From positions 1 to 30,262 of the IMG/VR virus record IMGVR_UViG_2534681935_000039: a stretch of 30,262 bases of DNA; one strand, given 5' to 3'. Positions 25,284 through 30,262 of the stretch are shown here, piece after piece. The stretch comes from a virus (lineage: Duplodnaviria; Heunggongvirae; Uroviricota; Caudoviricetes). Numbering within the stretch: the first letter of the stretch is position 1; every line of letters begins with the position of its first letter. A program made the position numbers and the translations under genes. A model generated the notes under the pieces. That model saw only the letters and a program-made list of their open reading frames with translations. It had not been told where the DNA came from and searched no databases.

Positions 25284-25297
25284 TACCTCAACGGTAA
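25283..25297. promoter_or_regulatory. operator-like dyad S10: TTACCT-CAA-CGGTAA
   Basis: Overlaps the last base of the -10 and the predicted transcription start. Confidence 0.5.
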
Positions 25298-25316
25298 CAG
25301 ACCGAGGTAACAAGTT

Positions 25317-25469
25317 ATGCAGTGGAAAATCATCAACGGTTGGTACTGCGTTACTGCATGCGGATTCATGAGCTGGAAGTTCCGCACCTTACAGGAAGGC
25401 ATCAAGTGGGCTTTCGTCAGCAAAGAAGCTCGCGATGTGGCCAACGATAACGAGATATGGGAGGGCTGA
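25317..25469 (+). CDS. small hypothetical protein (50 aa), first ORF of the rightward operon
   Basis: Hand-translated; GAGG 8 nt before ATG 25317; its last codons carry the GGGAGGG RBS of the next gene. Confidence 0.25.
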   Translation: MQWKIINGWYCVTACGFMSWKFRTLQEGIKWAFVSKEARDVANDNEIWEG

Positions 25470-25471
25470 TA

Positions 25472-25771
25472 ATGAACGTTAATCAGCAGAAAAATCTTCA
25501 AAAAATCATGCTGGCATTCGACAAGGACTACCGCCTATCAGAACAGCTATATGACCGACAAGTTGAACTGATTGAGAGCATCCGACTTCATCAACTGTCC
25601 TCAACTTTCGACGTTGTAACAGGCAAAGGCGTTCGTCAGGAAGTACTGGAGGCTGCTAAAGACAGCCCTGAGTTCGAAGAACTGATGGATGCCTATCGGC
25701 GAGAGGCAATGGCAATTATCGCCCGCTGGGATCTGGCGGATCAGCTTGATGGACAGAGGGACGCGGCATGA
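25472..25771 (+). CDS. hypothetical protein (99 aa from ATG 25472; ORF track starts at 25457)
   Basis: GGGAGGG 6 nt upstream of ATG 25472; ATGA overlap with the next gene. Confidence 0.45.
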   Translation: MNVNQQKNLQKIMLAFDKDYRLSEQLYDRQVELIESIRLHQLSSTFDVVTGKGVRQEVLEAAKDSPEFEELMDAYRREAMAIIARWDLADQLDGQRDAA

Positions 25772-26589
25772 AACCGGGAATTTATTTCGACATCAGCAAC
25801 GAAGACTACCACGCCGGTGACGGCGTGAGTAAGTCGCAACTGGACATGGTTGCCAAGAATCCGGCGCTTCTTAAATGGGTTCAGGCAGCACCAGAAGACG
25901 AAGAGAAAAAGTCTGCACTGGATATGGGAACCGCATTGCACTGTCTGCTTCTGGAGCCTGGAGAGTTCGACAAACGCTTCATTGTTTCACCGAAATTCGA
26001 ACGTCGGACAAAACAAGGTAAAGCTGACGAAGAAGCATTTCTTCGTGATGTGGCGGATATGGGTATTACGGTACTTGATGTCGAGCAGTGGCGAAAACTG
26101 GAGCTGATGCGTGATAGCGCAATGGCTCACCCGGCTGCACGCTGGATGCTGGAAGCACCTGGTTACTGCGAAGCATCAATGTACTGGAACGATGAAGAGA
26201 CTGGTGAGTTGTGCCGCATTCGTCCAGACAAATGGCTGAACGAGCACAACGTGATCGTCGACGTGAAAAAGGTTGCAGATATGGACCGTTTTGCACGCCA
26301 CATCGAGGAATTCCGCTACCACGTGCAGGACGCAATGTACCGCGAAGGAGCAATGAGGGTTACTGGTCAGTCGCATGGTTTTTTCTTTCTTGCCGTGAGC
26401 GAAAGCATTGATTGTGGTCGGTATCCGGTACGCGTGTTCGAGCTGGATGCACCGGATGTCGATGCCGGGCACGCTCTGTTCCGCCGGGATCTGAATACCT
26501 ATCACGAATGCCGCATCAATGATGAATGGGGCGGTGTGGAAATTATTAAACGCCCTGACTGGGCACGTAAACAGGATATGTACGTATGA
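25768..26589 (+). CDS. putative PD-(D/E)XK-type exonuclease, RecE C-terminal-domain-like (273 aa)
   Basis: N-terminal GIYFDISNEDYHAGDGVSKSQLD and IVDVKK D-x-K motif recalled from short exonuclease VIII-like prophage proteins; ATGA-coupled to the annealing protein gene. Confidence 0.5.
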   Translation: MKPGIYFDISNEDYHAGDGVSKSQLDMVAKNPALLKWVQAAPEDEEKKSALDMGTALHCLLLEPGEFDKRFIVSPKFERRTKQGKADEEAFLRDVADMGITVLDVEQWRKLELMRDSAMAHPAARWMLEAPGYCEASMYWNDEETGELCRIRPDKWLNEHNVIVDVKKVADMDRFARHIEEFRYHVQDAMYREGAMRVTGQSHGFFFLAVSESIDCGRYPVRVFELDAPDVDAGHALFRRDLNTYHECRINDEWGGVEIIKRPDWARKQDMYV

Positions 26590-27467
26590 GCAATGATATC
26601 GCAATCACATCACAACCAGGCGCAACTGTAGGCACTGCTGCGGCAATCTTCAGCCCGGAGGGCATGAATCAACTGGTGCGTTTCGCGGAGTTGATGTCAC
26701 AAAGCAAAGCTACTGTACCGAAACATCTTGAAGGCAAACCTGCCGATTGTCTGGCGGTGACCATGCAGGCGGCACAGTGGGGAATGAACCCTTTCGCCGT
26801 GGCGCAAAAAACGCATGTGGTAAACGGAACGTTAGGCTACGAAGCACAGTTGGTAAACGCGGTCGTATCCTCTTCCAGCCTGCTAGCGACACGCCTGAAT
26901 TATCGCTGGAGCGGTGACTGGTCGAATGTTAACGGCAAAACAGATAAATCACCGAATCTGACGGTAACTGTGTCAGCGGTTCTTAAAGGAGAAGCAGAAC
27001 CCCGTGAGCTTACCATCAGTATGGCGCAAGCCGGAGTGCGTAACTCTCCATTGTGGGAACAGGATCCGCGCCAGCAGCTTGCCTATCTTTGCACGAAACG
27101 ATGGGCTCGCCTGCACGCTCCTGATGTACTTCTTGGTGTTTACACCCCTGACGAATTACAGGAAACGGCACCGCGCGTTGAGCGAGACATTACTCCGCAA
27201 ACGACCACTGCTGCGGGAATGAACAGTCTGATCAACGCTAAACAAGTGAAAAAGCCTGATGAGCAAACGCGTAAAGCGGATAGCCGTGATCCAGAAGAAA
27301 TGCTAATGGCCTTTACCAGCGCAGCGATGAATTACAGCACTGTCTCCGAACTGGATAAAGCTTACAAATACATTGCACAAAAACTTTCAGATGATGACGA
27401 ACTGCTGGCAAAAGCCACCGACGTTTACAGCGTTCGTCGGGAAGAATTAAACGAAACATCTATGTAA
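26586..27467 (+). CDS. single-strand annealing protein, Bet/RecT family (293 aa)
   Basis: AAQWGMNPF and ERDITP blocks parallel lambda Bet (ANQYGLNPW, ERDITP) as recalled; gene pair with upstream exonuclease. Confidence 0.65.
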   Translation: MSNDIAITSQPGATVGTAAAIFSPEGMNQLVRFAELMSQSKATVPKHLEGKPADCLAVTMQAAQWGMNPFAVAQKTHVVNGTLGYEAQLVNAVVSSSSLLATRLNYRWSGDWSNVNGKTDKSPNLTVTVSAVLKGEAEPRELTISMAQAGVRNSPLWEQDPRQQLAYLCTKRWARLHAPDVLLGVYTPDELQETAPRVERDITPQTTTAAGMNSLINAKQVKKPDEQTRKADSRDPEEMLMAFTSAAMNYSTVSELDKAYKYIAQKLSDDDELLAKATDVYSVRREELNETSM

Positions 27468-27516
27468 CCACCACCGCGGCGCCACGCGCGCCGCACTGCA
27501 ACCAAGAGAGGTATTT

Positions 27517-27765
27517 ATGAAAGGTGCATTAGGTAAGAAGGAACTCCTGGCGGTGGTGCCACTGTCATGGAGCACTATCGACCGTATGGAGCGCGCAGGG
27601 GAATTTCCTAAACGCTGGTATATCACCGATAAACGCTGCGCATGGAACCGTGATGAAGTTGAGCGTTGGCTTGATGAACGTCAGGCAGCAAGCCCAGCAG
27701 AGTTCCAGGGTAAAAAACCTCCTGTTCAGCAACGTGTATATCGTCCCGTGAGCAACGCGGCATGA
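27517..27765 (+). CDS. AlpA-like small DNA-binding protein, candidate excisionase/regulator (82 aa)
   Basis: SWSTIDRMERAGEFPKRWYITDKRCAWNRDEVERWL resembles the AlpA/Xis-type HTH pattern; GAGAGG RBS. Confidence 0.5.
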   Translation: MKGALGKKELLAVVPLSWSTIDRMERAGEFPKRWYITDKRCAWNRDEVERWLDERQAASPAEFQGKKPPVQQRVYRPVSNAA

Positions 27766-27874
27766 GTGTGCTGCTAAGGCACTGGAGCAAATGGTCAGGA
27801 TGGTACTTATTCCTGGCCTCTGTTTCAGCATGGCTTTATCTGCTGGCATTAATTTTCAGAGAGGGTTGGATTAA

Positions 27875-28174
27875 GTGAGAAAGTTAAGCCGACTTGAAAA
27901 ATATCACATGAACAAGGTTTCAATGCGCAGTCCGTCAAAGATTGTCGCCGTTACTCCTGCGGCGATAGAGATCGAAAAACGCGCGATTGAAAGAGAGAAA
28001 AAAGGGCAGTTCCGCATTTCCGCTCACCTTTGGCTTCAGTGTATGGATGTCGCTTCTGGTGATGTTGAGCGTGCAAGGATCGCGGTTCGCAGGGACCAAT
28101 GTATCACAAAAGGTAACGGCCTTCGCCGTGGCGACTATAGCGGTATAGGATGTTGTGGAGTGGTTTATGACTAA
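27875..28174 (+). CDS. hypothetical protein (99 aa, GTG start)
   Basis: ORF track; its last codons overlap the methyltransferase start region. Confidence 0.35.
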   Translation: MRKLSRLEKYHMNKVSMRSPSKIVAVTPAAIEIEKRAIEREKKGQFRISAHLWLQCMDVASGDVERARIAVRRDQCITKGNGLRRGDYSGIGCCGVVYD

Positions 28175-28817
28175 GAAATACACACTAATCTATGCAGATC
28201 CACCCTGGGTATACCGGGACAAAGCCGCAGATGGTAATCGCGGTGCCGGTTTTAAATATCCGGTTATGAGTGTGCTGGATATCTGCCGCCTTCCTGTGTG
28301 GGATTTGACCGCTGAAAACTGTCTGTTGGCCATGTGGTGGGTGCCAACACAACCACTCGAAGCACTAAAAGTTGTTGAAGCCTGGGGATTTCGTCTGATG
28401 ACGATGAAGGGCTTCACGTGGATAAAATGTGGTAGTCGACAACCAGATAAACTGGTTATGGGTATGGGTCACATGACTCGTGCCAATAGTGAAGATTGCC
28501 TGTTTGCAGTAAAGGGAAAACTACCTCCGCGCATTAATGCAGGGATCGTTCAGTCATTTACCGCACCGCGGCTTGAGCATTCAAGAAAACCAGATGTCGT
28601 TCGTGAAAAACTTGTGCAATTGTTAGGCGATGTTTCTCGCATTGAACTGTTCGCCCGCCAGTCGTCTCATGGCTTCGATGTTTGGGGTAATCAGTGCGAA
28701 GACCCGGCAGTGCAACTACACCCTGGATACGCGTTGGATATCGGCGGATTAACAAATGCATTCAGCAATGCTCCGCTGTCACCAACAGACAACCAGGGGC
28801 GGGAGCGTGCAGCATGA
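28155..28817 (+). CDS. N6-adenine DNA methyltransferase, MT-A70 / phage Dam-like (220 aa; alternative start ATG 28167)
   Basis: Catalytic DPPW motif in LIYADPPWVY near the N-terminus; no adjacent restriction endonuclease recognised, so apparently orphan. Confidence 0.7.
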   Translation: MEWFMTKKYTLIYADPPWVYRDKAADGNRGAGFKYPVMSVLDICRLPVWDLTAENCLLAMWWVPTQPLEALKVVEAWGFRLMTMKGFTWIKCGSRQPDKLVMGMGHMTRANSEDCLFAVKGKLPPRINAGIVQSFTAPRLEHSRKPDVVREKLVQLLGDVSRIELFARQSSHGFDVWGNQCEDPAVQLHPGYALDIGGLTNAFSNAPLSPTDNQGRERAA

Positions 28818-29008
28818 ACAGGGCATCACCAGCAGATTTAAGGAAATGCCTTGAAACTGCAAACATGCTTGCACACAGCGGGATCAGGTTTGTTCCAATT
28901 CCCGCTGTCACTGATGCTGAATTTGCAACACTGTCAGCAATATTCACAGATAAAATTGAATCACTGGCAGCAGAAGCCGAGATGGAAGAAAATCAGCAGA
29001 ATAATTAA
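28814..29008 (+). CDS. small hypothetical protein (64 aa from ATG 28814)
   Basis: ATGA overlap with methyltransferase stop; the ORF-track frame 28694..29008 is the same frame with an unlikely upstream extension. Confidence 0.35.
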   Translation: MNRASPADLRKCLETANMLAHSGIRFVPIPAVTDAEFATLSAIFTDKIESLAAEAEMEENQQNN

Positions 29009-29011
29009 ACG

Positions 29012-30262
29012 TTATTCCCCCGCCATCCACTTCTCAAACTTCGACGGGGAGAACGGAATCAGATCCGTATGCTCCCCGTTAATCCAGGAATCAATCATAT
29101 CGGCCCACTGCTGCAACATGTAGGCGCGCTGTCTAGCGTATTCCGCTTTGTTATATACGGCGCGCACACCTTTCTGCTCATGTGCCAGAGCCTTTTCAAT
29201 CCAGTCTGAAGGATAACCAGCCTCATGCAACAACGTACTGGCTGTACGGCGCATATCATGTACAGTGAAGTCCTGAATATGCTCACCATCTTCATTTATT
29301 ATTTTCACCGTTCTGTCGATCAGAGAGTTCAGCGCGGCATTAGATAATGGCTTCCGGAAGTTGTAACGACCAGGAACCAGATATTCACTTCCACCAGCGC
29401 ACATCTGCAACCCGACCAATATATCCTGAGCCTGTTTAGGCAGGTAAATAACATGCGCCCGGCTTCCCTTCATGCGGTCTGAAGGAATTGTCCATGTCCA
29501 TTTTTTAAAATCTATTTCATCCCACGTTGCATTGGTGAATTCGCCCTTACGAACCATAGTGATAATCACCAGTTTTAAAGCCATTTTCATAGTTCCCATA
29601 GCACCAATGGCATCCAACGTGCGGAAGAACAGGCCAATTTCTTCTGGTGTCAGTGTTCGCTCTCGTGGTTTAAATATGGCGATAGACGAAGGTTTAATGT
29701 CAGCCGCAGGATTAAACAAACCATGACCACGGTCATTGGCGTGACGGTATACGCTGCTGATGATCTCCCTGGCCTGTACTGCTGTTGCCCGACCACCGCG
29801 TTCGACAATCCGGTCACACAAATCACGAACCATCAATGTGGTAATTTCAGCCATCATTTTGTTGCCAAGAACCGGAAGTATGTCACGGTCGATCACCGCC
29901 TGCTTCATTGCGCGGGTACTGTCAGCCAGGATGACGTGTTTCATATAACTGTCGGTATGTACCGCAAACGTCTCGGCACCACGAATCTTTTTGATACCGT
30001 CACGTTTAGCCGCAGCCGGCGACTGGCCTGCTTTAAGCAGCTTCTTTGCAGCAATCAGTTCTTCCCGCGCTTCTGCCAGGCTGATACCGTCACGCCCATA
30101 CTGCCCGATTACCAGTGTTTCGCGGCGACCGTTGATACGGTAGTCATAGCGAAACGAGACCGTACCTGACGTAAGCACAGCTACATACAGCCCGTCACGA
30201 TCGGAGACTTTGTATAGTTTGTCCTGCGGCTTGAGGTTTTTTAATTTTGTATCGGTAAGCAC
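29012..30262 (-). CDS. int: tyrosine integrase, N-terminus truncated by window end (416 aa in window)
   Basis: N-terminal LTDTKLKNLKPQDKLYKVSDRDGLY arm-binding pattern typical of P4/lambda-type integrases; C-terminal H-x-x-R (HDMRRTAST) and tyrosine region (VRAVYNKAEY); reading frame still open at 30262. Confidence 0.8.
   Translation of the reverse strand: MLTDTKLKNLKPQDKLYKVSDRDGLYVAVLTSGTVSFRYDYRINGRRETLVIGQYGRDGISLAEAREELIAAKKLLKAGQSPAAAKRDGIKKIRGAETFAVHTDSYMKHVILADSTRAMKQAVIDRDILPVLGNKMMAEITTLMVRDLCDRIVERGGRATAVQAREIISSVYRHANDRGHGLFNPAADIKPSSIAIFKPRERTLTPEEIGLFFRTLDAIGAMGTMKMALKLVIITMVRKGEFTNATWDEIDFKKWTWTIPSDRMKGSRAHVIYLPKQAQDILVGLQMCAGGSEYLVPGRYNFRKPLSNAALNSLIDRTVKIINEDGEHIQDFTVHDMRRTASTLLHEAGYPSDWIEKALAHEQKGVRAVYNKAEYARQRAYMLQQWADMIDSWINGEHTDLIPFSPSKFEKWMAGE

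Noticed and set aside
25283-25501. Minus-strand 72-aa ORF across the pL-like promoter
   Set aside because: Overlaps promoter, operator and two plus-strand reading frames; no RBS; composition not protein-like.
27476-27494. GC hairpin after the annealing-protein gene as a terminator
   Set aside because: Perfect 7-bp GCGGCGC stem but no following U-tract; may be an RNA stability element or a binding site.

Overview
This window is a ~30 kb stretch of a temperate phage (prophage) of enterobacterial type with a mosaic layout. Everything below was read by eye from the sequence and the ORF track; no searches were run, so all protein family calls are recollection-based and need HMM/BLAST confirmation. 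Minus strand, 1-24424 (transcribed right to left): cro-like gene, a small Cys/His protein, lambda O-like and P-like replication genes (tandem iterons inside the O-like gene), a block of nin-region-like accessory genes, terminase small and large subunits, then a podovirus-type virion module (portal, scaffold, major capsid, tail tubular A/B-like, a run of internal virion/ejection-type proteins). Plus strand, 24579-29008: tandem-HTH repressor with its own terminator, a pL-like promoter, RecE-like exonuclease plus Bet/RecT-type annealing protein, an AlpA-like small DNA-binding protein and an MT-A70/Dam-type adenine methyltransferase. A tyrosine integrase (N-terminus cut by the window end) lies on the minus strand at 29012-30262. 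A phage-encoded tRNA-Arg(UCU) and an oppositely oriented gp49/66-like gene sit between terminase and portal. The strongest signal is a 15-bp dyad, TTACCT-N3-AGGTAA, found at ten intergenic sites: three in the divergent immunity region, pairs with identical geometry at two early promoters, and single sites at the late (terminase) promoter, the tRNA leader and downstream of the cro-like terminator. No lysis cassette, phage RNA polymerase or attachment site was recognised in the window.
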